Of a stretch of DNA of 64,000 nt, positions 44,762 to 57,659 are shown in pieces (the stretch's first letter is position 1; each line of letters opens with the position of its first letter). The position numbers and the translations under genes are program-made. The stretch is taken from NCBI GenBank assembly GCA_012295275.1, contig CM022667.1, positions 62,001-126,000 on the forward strand, read 5' to 3'. The stretch is from Chrysomallon squamiferum. Its lineage: Eukaryota; Animalia; Mollusca. Under the pieces are notes generated by a model. It saw nothing but the letters and a program-made list of their open reading frames with translations, searched no databases and was not told where the DNA came from.

Positions 44762-46978
44762 TGTATATTACACACAATATACAAAGATATATAAACATAC
44801 ACATATATATACACATTGATTAACCAACCAAAATATTTCCTAATCCAAAAAATCCTTGTAACATTGCTCAGATATTAAATTATCATTTTATGACCATAAT
44901 TCAATTAAACGATAACATAAAACTACATTTCGGACCTATTATAATCACAATCTGTTTAATTAACGATTGCTGTCTCCTGATAGTTGTGTATTTTGCATGC
45001 AACTTTTCTTACCCGCGTCACGGTTCCTGCAATAAAACCCTGTTCTACGCCGATGTAAAACGTCAAAGGAACCAACAACATCTGCAAGCGATTCTTGAAG
45101 AGATGTGAAAACGTAGCGACAAGAAGATGAACGGAAATCTTTTCTTTCTTCTCTCTTTCTTTGTCCAGCACGATGTTGTCGAGGAAGACGGCGGCGATGA
45201 TGATGGCAAGAACTGCAGAAGCAGTGGTGATGCCGCATACGATGTAAACCTGAAACAAATTTTGCATTCGTTTTATTAAAAAGGTGAGTTTGGTCATGTG
45301 AAATTCTATTCTTGAATATGTTTGTTTTTTTGTGAGCAAATCATTGAAAAGGTTACCTCATAAAATAAAAGTATTTCTTCTTCAGCTTCTTTTTCTCTTC
45401 TTCTTCTTCTTCTTATTATTATTATTATTATCATCATCATCATCATCATCATTATCATCATCATCATTATTGTTGTTTGTTGTTTGTTGTCGTACTTGTT
45501 ATTATTGCTGTTATTCTACTGTTGATGGTGTTCTGTTCGGGTTCTTGTTGTAATAATTGTATTTATTTATTTATGTTTTTTTGTTTGTTTTTTTGTTTAT
45601 TTATTTATTTATGTTTTTTTGTTTGTTTTTTGTTTGTTTATTTATTTATTTATTTGTTTTGCTGTATATTACACCTTATCGTCTGGTGGTCTAAGCGACT
45701 CGTTTCCTTTCTGAGGACAGTAGTTGGCGCCACACAGCGCGAGCTCGGCAGACGACTTGTTGGGATAAAGAGAGGAATTTTCTGGACGTAGGCTAAAACT
45801 TCTGATGAAATAAGATTCCCCAGATTTGTGCTATGATTAAAAAGAAAAAACAATATAATTAAAAAGAGATCAGAATTAATGTTATCTGATGCTAAAAAAA
45901 AAAAAAATTATTCTTTTCAAATTAAACAAATCATCTATTAAACTATATTTTTAATGTTTATAATGTACATAATTTAATATATCATTTTTTCTTTGTATGT
46001 ATTCTCCTATTTTCATTCTTTCATTCCAACAAGTTTTCTCTCCTGTCTACGTTTAATTTTGTTCATTAAAATCTGTTTACCAATTTTTCTTTGTGTCTCT
46101 CTTTCTCTTTCTGTTTCTCTAACTTGATTTCTCTCTTTCCTTATCTTCCTTTCTCTCTGTGTGTCTCTGTAGCTGTCTTTTTCTTTTTGTTTCTCTCTAA
46201 CTCTCTTAACTCACAACAGAGCGTGAAATCTATATTATTTAAAAATTAGTGATACGGTAAAACCAAACACACACACACACACACAACACACACAACACAC
46301 ACACACACACAAACACACACGCTCAATATCCCATCTATTCTTACTTGTCTGTAGAGCCATAAAGAATATTCCAAAGAATCGGTTAATAATGGCTTCCGTG
46401 GACACTCCAGTCATTTTCGAATACCAGACGCCAATCTGATTGAGATACGTACACTGGGCAGACCACAGTGGGCCGCCTCCAACACCAATAAAAATCGCTC
46501 CAGGGGCCATAACTCCCCAGACGGCGTAGAAATTAGCCGCCATGTACAGAACGTATCCCACCATGGATATCGGAATCGACCACTTGCAGCCAAATTTAGC
46601 GACTACGACGGGGGCCAGGAACATACAGGACAGGATGAGAGCCGCGTAGATGATGGCAACACTGCCGGAGCCGACGCCTTCGTCTTTGTTTAAACTCGAC
46701 TGGAGGTTGGAGACGCACTGAAACGCCGTGAACATGAACATAAAGGAGATGCTCATAACGGCGACATTTTTCAGAATCTGCCTCCTGCTCATCGGAGACG
46801 CGCATGCGTCGTGTTTTTTAACGGCAATGAGCAGATCGTCAGGTGTTTCTGGACACGAGAGAATGACATCTTTCGTTTCCGTAGTCTAGAAATTGAAAAA
46901 ACTAAATTTTGTAAGAAAAGCAAAGTAGGAATTAGTAGGAAATTTATATTATATTATAATATATATATAGATATAGAT

Positions 46979-47060
<82 letters not shown>

Positions 47061-47271
47061 GTAAATCAAAGGTGAATTAAAATATGTGGATTTATATGGA
47101 AAAGGTTGTCTTGGTGATATAGTAGCATCTCGTCTCGTCTTCCCGTGCCAGTGCCTTACCCGAATACTGTCTACATGCAGAGTCTAATCAGACGAACATA
47201 ACACAACAGAATATTCATTCCTAAATACTTACGTTTATATATATATACACTATACAGAAAGAAAGCCAGTT

Positions 47272-47302
<31 letters not shown>

Positions 47303-47314
47303 ATTTGTGTGTGG

Positions 47315-47365
<51 letters not shown>

Positions 47366-47868
47366 TACATACTTATTATAATACATTTATACACATATAT
47401 ATATGTAAGTATATACACATACGCACAAAACCTATACAAAAACCCATACTTGAACATGCATGTGTGTTTTATTTATATATGTAAGACGTATGTATGTATT
47501 TATGTACGTATGTATATATGCATGTACGTACGTACGTATATATATGTATGTTTGTATTCATTAAACAGCACAGTTTTAACTGTGTCGACACACAGATAAA
47601 CTTAAACACTCGAGCACTCAGAGTCAAACAAAACGTGATCAAGATATATTTATAACACTGACAAAAAAAAAAAAATAATAATAATAATTTTATATATTTT
47701 TGCAAATATAGATCTGAAACGAAGCAATAAACCAATAATAATCAAGGACGTGATAATACTTAAATAAACGTAACCATTGCATTGCAATCAATTAATTTAC
47801 ACAATCTACAGATATACCTTTTCGAATGAACCCCGGAAGCGTTTTTCGTTGTTTTCTTTGGCCGCCAT
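43159..47868 (-). CDS. UNC93A: UNC93A-like MFS membrane protein, copy C (two 1-nt homopolymer deletions in exon 3)
   Basis: Exons 47818-47868 (MAAKENNEKRFRGSFEK), 46345-46885, 45675-45830, 45013-45249, 44315-44450, 43910-44041, 43159-43421. Exon 3 is 156 nt versus 158 nt in copies B and D (one G and one T missing in runs). Confidence 0.88.
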
Positions 47869-48151
47869 TTTGTACAATAATTAAGCAGACCAGCTGTCTG
47901 TTTATGCACGTTCCAATAACACACGCATTACAATAGTATAGACGGACAGGAAACTGGACTGTTTGTGTAGATTAGTTTTCATTCAGCGATAAACTCAAGG
48001 ACAAGCTTTGTCTCGATTTTTTCAAATCTTTTTCTTTTTTTTCGCCTCTTTTTTCTTTGTTTTATATGCGTCCTTAATAATGTATACGTATAGTTACATA
48101 CATGCATTATATACATGCATTCGTGCATAGATAACTTTTTATACATATATA

Positions 48152-48197
<46 letters not shown>

Positions 48198-49860
48198 ATA
48201 TGTATAATGTTTGTATGTGTGTGCCTCTGTAGGTATGTAAATATATGTGTAATGTTTGTATGTGTGTGCCTCTGTAGGTACGTAAATATATGTGTAATGT
48301 TTGTATGTGTGTATGTGTGTGTTTAGGCATGGCGATGCATATATAAGTAAATACATCTATTATGTCTATGTATGTATGATTAAAGGTGTATTTCTACGTA
48401 CGAAAGTATATGCATAATGTTTATATTTGTGTATGTGTGTGCGTGCATGCGTGCGAGTATGTTTATCTGACTGCCTGTCAAATAGCAATAACAGTAGAAG
48501 AGTCATATATAAACTCGTCGAAGTGTACGACCTTGAGTGCTTCACAACAGCTTGCTCTGATTAGCACGTTAATTGTTTTCACTTCACTTCACTTCACTAC
48601 GACCTTGAAGAAAACCAGGTTTTAAAAAATCAAATCCTTTGTTATCGAAGTTCATCAGACACTAGGTCACTGTACGTGTCACAGACCGGTGACCTCTAAA
48701 CAGGTCAGTCGTAGGCCACAATAACAAATAAAAAACATTTTAATTGTGGAATGAATGAATGTTTAACGACAGCCCAAAACAAATAATAAGGTAACTGTAA
48801 AAATAAAAGAAATAAATACCAATGGTTAAAACCTCTGTTAAACTGGTTTTTTTTTTCGTTATAACTGATTTATTGGGTTTCTGCCGGCTTTAGGTCAGAG
48901 ATAGATGACTTTACGATCTGGAATACCGGTACATGAAGTTATACAAGTAACAGACGTAATGACTTAAAGGATTGAAATAACAGTGGTAATGGGGATGATA
49001 TTTACTAAACAGAGCTACTATTGAAATACGTTTACTTGACTATTTATCCGGCTTAAACAGAACTACTAAAACACGTTTTCTTGACCATTTATCTGGCTTC
49101 CAAGAAAACAGCATTAGAAGTGTACTAATTCACATCTGTTAAATATAGCTTCAATCCTTATTTTATATTTTACGTTTATTTCAGTTTTGGTCCAGAAAAC
49201 TTAGAATCGAGAAATCCGGCCCTCGATTTGTCAAACTAATTGTGTGGTATCCATAGTAAATAACTGCGCCAGGATTTGCATCAACAACAAAAGAAAAAGA
49301 AAAAATGCCTTTTTTCACAAATGAAAGTTACTGAAATTAATATTTTTCTACAATAATTATCAGTAAATACACTTACACGATAGAAATTCCTTTAGACATC
49401 ATTTCATTGCTGAAAGATAAAGCTAGAGTTTGTATGTAATATCACATAATAACGTGACGTCAAACAATTGTTCTTCATTTTTAAGAGCTATGACCTGGGT
49501 GATTGAAATTCGATATGGAAGGAGAATAAAAAAGAAAAGATGTAATAACTAAATAATTAACTGAATAAATAAATATTGAATATCCCCTACACTACCCTAC
49601 ATATTATCGAAACAAATATTCACAAATCGAAATTCTATATGTATAATATAAAATTTTTAAAAAATTAACTTATAATATTAAAAGATATATATATATATAT
49701 AAGGAACTGATCTTTATTTTTATTTTAGCCTGAAGAAAGTCTATGTTGTTATTACTTGGACATTATGTATTTATATATACTGGCCATAAACAAAACTGTT
49801 TGTGTTGTTGAGTTTTGGCCGTTCCTACATACATCACACACTTTAGCTACAGTATTTTTT

Positions 49861-49980
49861 ATGATGGCCACAAAAAGGAAAATTGAAGATGGAGATAGAC
49901 CCTCGACAGAGTCTTATGAAAAGGTTATTTTTTCTTTTTTGATTGTTAATATTTATTTATTTATTTGTTTAATATCGTTA

Positions 49981-50045
<65 letters not shown>

Positions 50046-51908
50046 ACAATTTATACTAACAATGGATGATCTAAAACCATCTTGTAAACAACATCAGTAT
50101 TTTTTTATTTATACCAAATTATATTAATTACTTAATTAACGTGATCAAACAGCTTTGCATTCAGCAAATAATTCATTTAATGAATTCATTAAAATATATA
50201 TAACAACTAAATACATATATATATAATAAAAGAAAAGAAAAATGAAATCATCATTGTTAGGACTTACAGGTTACGGAACAGACTGAAGAAGTCGATGAAT
50301 CATCTCCAAGCCTTGAAATCAACTCCACCGATCTTCAGACGAAAAGTTTCATTGACGAGGAATCAGTAAAATTCATTTCCCCCATGAGCAAAACGCAAAT
50401 CTTCAAAAACATTGCGGCGATGAGTACCTCATTCCTGTTCATGTTCATCGCCTTTCAGTGCATCTCCAACGTCCAGTCGAGTCTTGAACAAGGAGGAAGG
50501 TGTCGGGTCTGGCAGCATCGCCATCATCTACGGCGCCCTCGTAATGTCGTGCATGTTCCTAGCACCCATCATGGTCGCCAGGGTTGGGTGCAAATGGAGT
50601 ATCCCTATAGCCATGACTGGCTACGTGTTTTATATGGCGGCTAACTTCCACGCTACGTGGGGGCTGATGGCGCCTGCAGCTGTAGCCATTGGTCTGGGCG
50701 CTGCACCTCTGTGGTCGGCTAAATGCACGTATCTCACTCAGATGGGCGTCTGGTATTCCAAAATGACGGGAATATCCGAAGACGCAGTCATTAATCGATT
50801 CTTTGGAATATTCTTCATGGTTTTTCAAACAAGTAAGTGATATAATAATAATAGTAAAAATAATAATAATAATAATAATAATAAGAAGAAGAAGAAGAAG
50901 AAGACTGTTGTTGTTGTTGTTGTTGTTGTTGTTATTATTATTATTATTATAAGTAAGAAATTATAGTATGATACTTTTATAACAATTAAAAAAAATCTGA
51001 AAAAAAATATAGAAACATTTAATTTGTAAAACAAAACTGCTCAGTTAATTCGGATTATTTGTATTTATTTTATATACATTTAAAAAATATTCAAATGTAT
51101 CAGAGCTGATGCGAAAAACTACGAAAGAATTTCTATTCATTGTCGCGTTATGAGAGAGAAAAAACATGTTTTAGCTAAGCAGTAGAAGAAAAACGTAAAT
51201 TACTTTTAAATTTGTTTTCCGTTATTGTTATTAACAGCACAAATCTGGGGGAATCTTATCTCATCAGAAGTTTTTAGCCTACGTCCAGAAAATTCCTCTC
51301 TTTATCCCAACAAGTCGTCTGCCGAGCTCGCGCTGTGTGGCGCCAACTACTGTCCTCAGAAAGGAAACGAGTCGCTTAGACCACCAGACGACAAGGGAAA
51401 AAAAAAAAAAAAAAATCAGGGGATAATTTCTATCTGTTCATTGCTGTATATTAACAACTGTGTATATTTTATAACTTATAAACATATAAATAAATACACA
51501 GCCGCATAAATAAACAGTGTATTGCCCTAATTCAGAGATTTTTTTTTTTTTAAAATTTTTAGTGTCCACTCTATTTTGAAAGAACAATCATACGTGCAGT
51601 ATTCACTTATACGCATATCTTATGCTTATAAAGGATAACGGTGTTCAAGGGTATCTACGTGCCTCTGATATTTAACTATTTCCAGTTAATATGCCCGGAC
51701 ACTACAAAAGTCCTGATCAGAATAATGTAAATATATATGTGCCGATATAGTCTTTCGCAAAGTCTTTTATATCAAAATAAAAATCAATTTGTATCGAGGT
51801 TAAAACCAAAACATACATATTCATATTCATAGAGATATTCATACTGAGAGAGAGAGAGAAAGCCTGATAATCTAATTTTCACTTGGACCCGTTGCAGAAT
51901 CTTACAAA

Positions 51909-51939
<31 letters not shown>

Positions 51940-54289
51940 TAAAAAGTTGACATTCATTTACTTATTTCTTTTAACAAAAACTATTGCAAAAACTCTACAT
52001 CAGACTGTACTTTCATGTCACGTATCTTAAACTCGGAAATATTTCTTTCTTGTTCCTGATCTTCAGGTTTACATCGTCTGCGGCATCACCACCGGCTTCT
52101 CCATCCTCGCCATCATTTTCGCCGCCGTCTTCCTCGACAACATCGTGCTGGACAAAGAACGACAGAAGAAAGAGAAGGTTTCTTTTCGTCTTCTGGTCGC
52201 CACGTTTTCACATCTCTTCAAGAATCGCTCCCAGATGTTGTTGGTTCCCTTAACAGTTTACAGTGGCGTGGAACAAGCGTTTTTCGGAGGAACTTACACG
52301 CGAGTAACGTCATATATTTCCTTGAAAAAAAAATATCCCTTGTTATTTTAAATGTTTTATTTCTTAACAGAAATATGTCAAACTTAAAACATAAAATATA
52401 TTAAGTAAATAACGTTTTATTTAATTTATATATTTACACACAAACGCGCATATATATAGGGACATATGTATGAATATGTAAATATGTCTTTTTTTTCTCT
52501 TTTCCCCACCTCTTTTCTCTTTCTTTCTCCCTCATTCTCTCTATATCTTTCTATCTATCTATCTATCTATCTATCTAGCTATCTATCTGTCTGTATGTAC
52601 ATCAGTGAATCCTAATGTGGGGCGCTCGCCCCCCAGTGGGACAATTTTAAAGTCACATAATACGACCAAACTTCCAATTAAACATCGTCTACACATGTTA
52701 TCCTGCGTCTGGCAGCACCCACGAGCAGTTTGTAATTATATTTTCACAAAACTCAGTTTGGTTTTGTATCAAAGGGGGACGTAAACAGTTTTTAGGTGTT
52801 GAGGTGGGGCATGGAGCAAAAACGGTCGGGAACTACTGATGTATATGTATGTGTGCATATATATACAGATATACACACGTACCTATATTACACACAAAGA
52901 CATACACATATCTTTCTTTATTTCCAGGCGTTTGTTACGTGTTCTATTGGAATCTGGAATATCGGTTACGTGATGATCATCTTTGGAGTGTTGGACGCTG
53001 TTTGTTCTTTTACCTTTGGTCGACTTGTTCAGTACGTCGGTCATATACCCTTCTTTGGTCTAGGTATGACATCTGTCACTGCTTCTTATTTTTATTGTTC
53101 CTCTATGTATAAATTATGGTAATTTTATATGCGTATGTACGTATGTATGTACAGTTAAAGACCCCAAAATATACGCAGAAGCAGAAAAACACGTTTACAC
53201 TAACTTCCATAAGACAAAACACAGAACACAAAAAAAACCCCGTAAGATACTTATAATTATGTATATTTTGTGTATATACAAACCCACACATACAAATATA
53301 AACACATACATACACAAACACCCATACACACTCACATACATATTGCTGTATGCATGTCTGTGTATATGCGTGTTTAAATACGTATGACTGCATGTACATA
53401 CGTACGTTTGTATATGTGTCTAAGTGTGTATGTATGTATGTATGTATGCGCGTATATTTTCCTTTCATCATATGTTGCTATCTTTCTTTTCACACCCACT
53501 AAAAGCGTTCTTGCTGCACGGTGGCTGTTTAGTTACGTTGTTCCTGTGGGTGCCGACTCCAGACCAGCTACCTGTGTTTTACGTCATTTCTGCCATGTGG
53601 GGTATGGGCGATGCTGTAATACAAACACAAATTAATGGTGAGAATTTATTTAAAAAAAATAATAATAATAATAATAATAATAATTAAAAAAATAGATATT
53701 CTAAATTTGAAATTATAAATTTAAAAATAAATAAATAAATAAATAATGCAGTATACGCATTGAAATGCAAGTTAGAGTCTTCTTCATATTGCGGCAATTA
53801 CGTCACTTCCCTCTTTCCGAAATCGTGTTATGTTATGTCTTTAATAAGATATATATATATAAAATATTCCTTTCTGGTTTTAATTATGTTCCTCTGAAAA
53901 AAATTTGGTATACAACTGCTGTAACAATTTATTATTAATCAAAGTGTTCTGAAGAGTGTATTAAAATATAAAGAACTTTGTTTCTTTCTTCTTCGTGTAT
54001 TAATGAACCACTACAAATTTAATAAAATACATTCATATTTTTACTGTTGTCTGTTTCAGCTCTTTACGGATGTTTGTTCACGGACAATACCGAAGCGGCT
54101 TTCGCCAATTATCGACTTTGGGAGTCGTTTGGTTTTATGATAACGTTCGCCTACAACGATCAGCTCTGCACATACACAAAACTGTACATTTGTATCGGTT
54201 TTCTGATTGTAGGGATGTCATTATATGTAGTTGTCGAAGCGACTGAGAGAAAAAAGACGACTCCTAAATCCGAAATGGTAATATCGTAA
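49861..54289 (+). CDS. UNC93A: UNC93A-like MFS membrane protein, copy D (inverted; +1 frameshift and non-canonical donor, possible pseudogene)
   Basis: Exons 49861-49923, 50270-50832, 51238-51395, 52067-52303, 52928-53063, 53506-53637, 54060-54289. There is an extra base at ~50483 (AGTCTTGAAC versus S-L-N). The exon 3 donor reads GG at 51396-51397 instead of GT. Confidence 0.88.
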
Positions 54290-54384
54290 AAAATCAGATC
54301 ATGTCTCAAATGGAATATTAGTTTTTCAAAAAATGAAATAAAATAAAGCTTAAATATTTTAATTAATTAACATTAATAAATTAA

Positions 54385-54427
<43 letters not shown>

Positions 54428-55100
54428 GAATTAGTAATAACTAAATAAATAAATATTAATACGTTTCCAAAATAATGTATTAGTTAAAACTGTCTAATGA
54501 CTATTGTCTGTATTTATGAATAGTTTATTCACTTGTGTTCAGACTGACAGACAGACAGACAAGTATGTATACGACAGACCGATACAGAGATATAGAAATT
54601 GTCCCCGTATTGGGAAACTTCTGTGATGAAAGAATATATGTAATACACTTTTCAGAGCTAATTTTTGTGGGTTTTGTCATGATTAAATTAATTGCCTACT
54701 TTCTATTATGTGTTTTGTTCTATTTTGTTCTACTTTTTTTTTTCTTCTTTACGATATATAAATTATTTTGTGCACAGAAACGTAAAATGTATCTAGGTTG
54801 AAATTTGCTGTATTTGCCTTATAATTCGCAAAAACAGTTTTTAAAAAGTAAGAAAGAAATGTCAGTCTTGGCTACTTACCCAAGAAATAAACATAAAAAT
54901 ATAATCAATAAATTTTTTTATAAATAATTACAATTTATATATTGTTTCTCAAAACAATGCGCTGTTGATGAAACAGAAATTCTGTTGATAATCGGATGAC
55001 GTCATGTTTCAACGATCACAACAACTGATGGACAGACTACAAGATATTACTAGGTTAGGAAAGAGGCTTTTTTTTTATTATTGCCATTTTCTTTTTTTTT

Positions 55101-55176
<76 letters not shown>

Positions 55177-55212
55177 TCTTACCTTGTTCTGTTTTTGCTG
55201 TTGTGAGATGTA

Positions 55213-55276
<64 letters not shown>

Positions 55277-55518
55277 GATTGTATTGTAAAGAGTATAACT
55301 GTGTATAGCCTTTTATGTCTATAAAAGTTTTAACCATGACAAAGCAGGATAAAAATATCCTTCAACAAGTTTGTTACTAATTACATACATAGGTTCGTTC
55401 TTGTATTTTAAAAGAAAGTACCGCCTTTATTGTTTTGATTCTTATTAATATTTACTTTTCTTTCTAAAAATCTAAAAATTTAATTTTATGTGAAACACAA
55501 CAAAGTAAACACAAGCAA

Positions 55519-55554
<36 letters not shown>

Positions 55555-55721
55555 TAAATATTTTAAAAATGATATTTAATAAAGTAAAAAGTAAAAATTA
55601 ATTTCAAAAAATACTTACAAGGGAAATAATTCTGAACCTATGGCCTTGACCTTGAAAAGTTGAGAGGCCGCGTGAATGAGGTTAGTTTACATTTAAGATA
55701 TATTTCAAATTTTCAAATATA

Positions 55722-56627
55722 ATGAATGAACCAGATTCTTTGAATTTAGAATATGCCCTTAAGTTTCCTAGAGCGTTATGGGACATCATCAGTAATTGCA
55801 AAACAGGAGCAATTTCATGGGGCCATTTTGGAAGCAGCATTAAAATCAACAAACATCTGTTTGAAAAAGAATATCCAAATTGGAGTGGTAATTTTTCGAG
55901 CTTTATTCGACAACTTAATGCTTACGGTTTTCGTAAACTGAAAAACCAGATAAAATACACGAAAATGCCTGCTGAATTTACAAATGATGTAGTTGAATAC
56001 CAGCATCCCCTATTTGTGAAAGGGCATCCAGAGTTTCTTCCTTGCGTAAGAAGAAAGCCAGACAAGAAAAGAAAAAGAGTTTTATCTAAAGGAAATGCAA
56101 CGAAAGAAATCGTTGAAGAAATTAGAGATGTTAATTTCGATATTACAGAAGCTCAAAATATCGTCCAGGATCAAGCAAGCTTCCAATTACAGAATGATGT
56201 AAGTATTTGCTTTCAGAAAGCGTTTAAAATTATACTCCATGAGTAATCAATTTTAAAAATTGATTGGCATGGATGAAAAATTTCAGATTTGTAAAGGAAA
56301 TTACAGCCTTTGGAAATATTGTTTAATGGTTATTACTTTGTTGGAAACATTTTTATACATTTAAATAGGTTTATTTTTATTTTATATATAACTCATTTCT
56401 CTAGGAATGTAGGTTTTTTGGGGGGGTCTCAATATTTTCATTTTTTATTTTATTTTATTTGTTATTATTTTTTTATATTTTTATTTACCTTTATTTTTTT
56501 ATTATTATTTTTTTTTTATTTTTTTTTTAGAAAATGAGTTACATGTCATAATGTCACAAACTTAATGTTTTTAATATTACAGGTGCTACAAGAACTTCAG
56601 GACCAGTGTTTCCTTTTTTCAATCTAA
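55722..56627 (+). CDS. Short HSF-type DNA-binding-domain protein (HSF5/HSFX/HSFY-like architecture), ~173 aa
   Basis: Exon 55722-56198 (GTAAGT donor) plus 56583-56627 (TAA). HSF DBD motifs: KFPRALWDII, ISW, NFSSFIRQLNAYGFRK, EYQHPLFVKGHPEFLPCVRRK. These are followed by a basic NLS-like KKRKR. AATAAA near 56801. Confidence 0.88.
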
Positions 56628-56639
56628 GAATTTGAAATT

Positions 56640-56780
56640 TGTCACATAAACACTTTGACTCCAGTTTGAGGACTTTATTTTTTATTTTTTTAAGACATCT
56701 TGACCTGTCACATTAACACTTTGACTCCAGTTTGAGGACTTTATTTATTTTTTTTTTTTTTTTTAAGACATCTTGACCTG
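56640..56780. repeat. Two-copy tandem duplication (~67-75 bp) in the presumed 3' UTR of the HSF-like gene
   Basis: TGTCACAT.AACACTTTGACTCCAGTTTGAGGACTTTATTT...TAAGACATCTTGACCTGT occurs twice. Confidence 0.9.
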
Positions 56781-57659
56781 TTCACTTCAAACTAATTAAA
56801 AATAAATAAAATGTTGGGCCAAAAGCTTTTATATTTGTTAAATTCTCTTGAAATTTATTTGTTATTGCTATATGCCAGGTTGCATGACGCATCACTGGGG
56901 AGGCCACACACACACACACACTAATAAACTATGTTTTCCTTGCGAAATTACACATGCCATTAAATAAATAAATGAAGAATAAAAACTCTTTACAAAGAAC
57001 AGCAGTAACTATTTTAGTTTCACAACAAATTCTGAATTTTCCAGATGTGTATGTTAATACAAATAAAAGTCTGTTTCATTGAACAAACACAACGGAATTT
57101 AACTAATTCAAAACAAACTGAATTAGATATTACATTTTACTATATGCAAAAATTTTAATTACACAGATCTCATATCTTGTCAGATAGGTACAAGGTGTAT
57201 ATGTGAAAATGTGTGTGTTTGTGTGTATGTGTGTGTAACTGATTCAGAGATCTGTCAGAACAAAACAAATTGATCCGATAATAAATTAACCTTAAAATAT
57301 TAATAAACATTTCAGTTTTTTATAATGAGTATTTTAACAACTGTAATTTGGTAAGGACATAATATATATATAAATCATTAAGAATAACATATGAATAACC
57401 ATTGTATTTCCAACAACAAAACTGTAAAAATAATGTCACAAAATTGCAGCAGTTAGATACTAAAAAGCACCAATAACCAACAAAAAAACAAACAAACAAT
57501 TCTTAAATTTTACAAAATTATTTTCAAATACTAAGTCTTCCAAACTCATAACAAGACATCTTCAATTTCCATTAACTTTCATCGAGAACACAACATCATT
57601 TATATCGGCTGCTTTTATTTTTTTACATTTTTTCCAATAACAGTTTCTACTGCATTATG

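Noticed and set aside
48745-48780. SINE-tail-like fragment (GAAT)n GTTTAACGAC
   Set aside because: Too short to support an element call without a repeat library.
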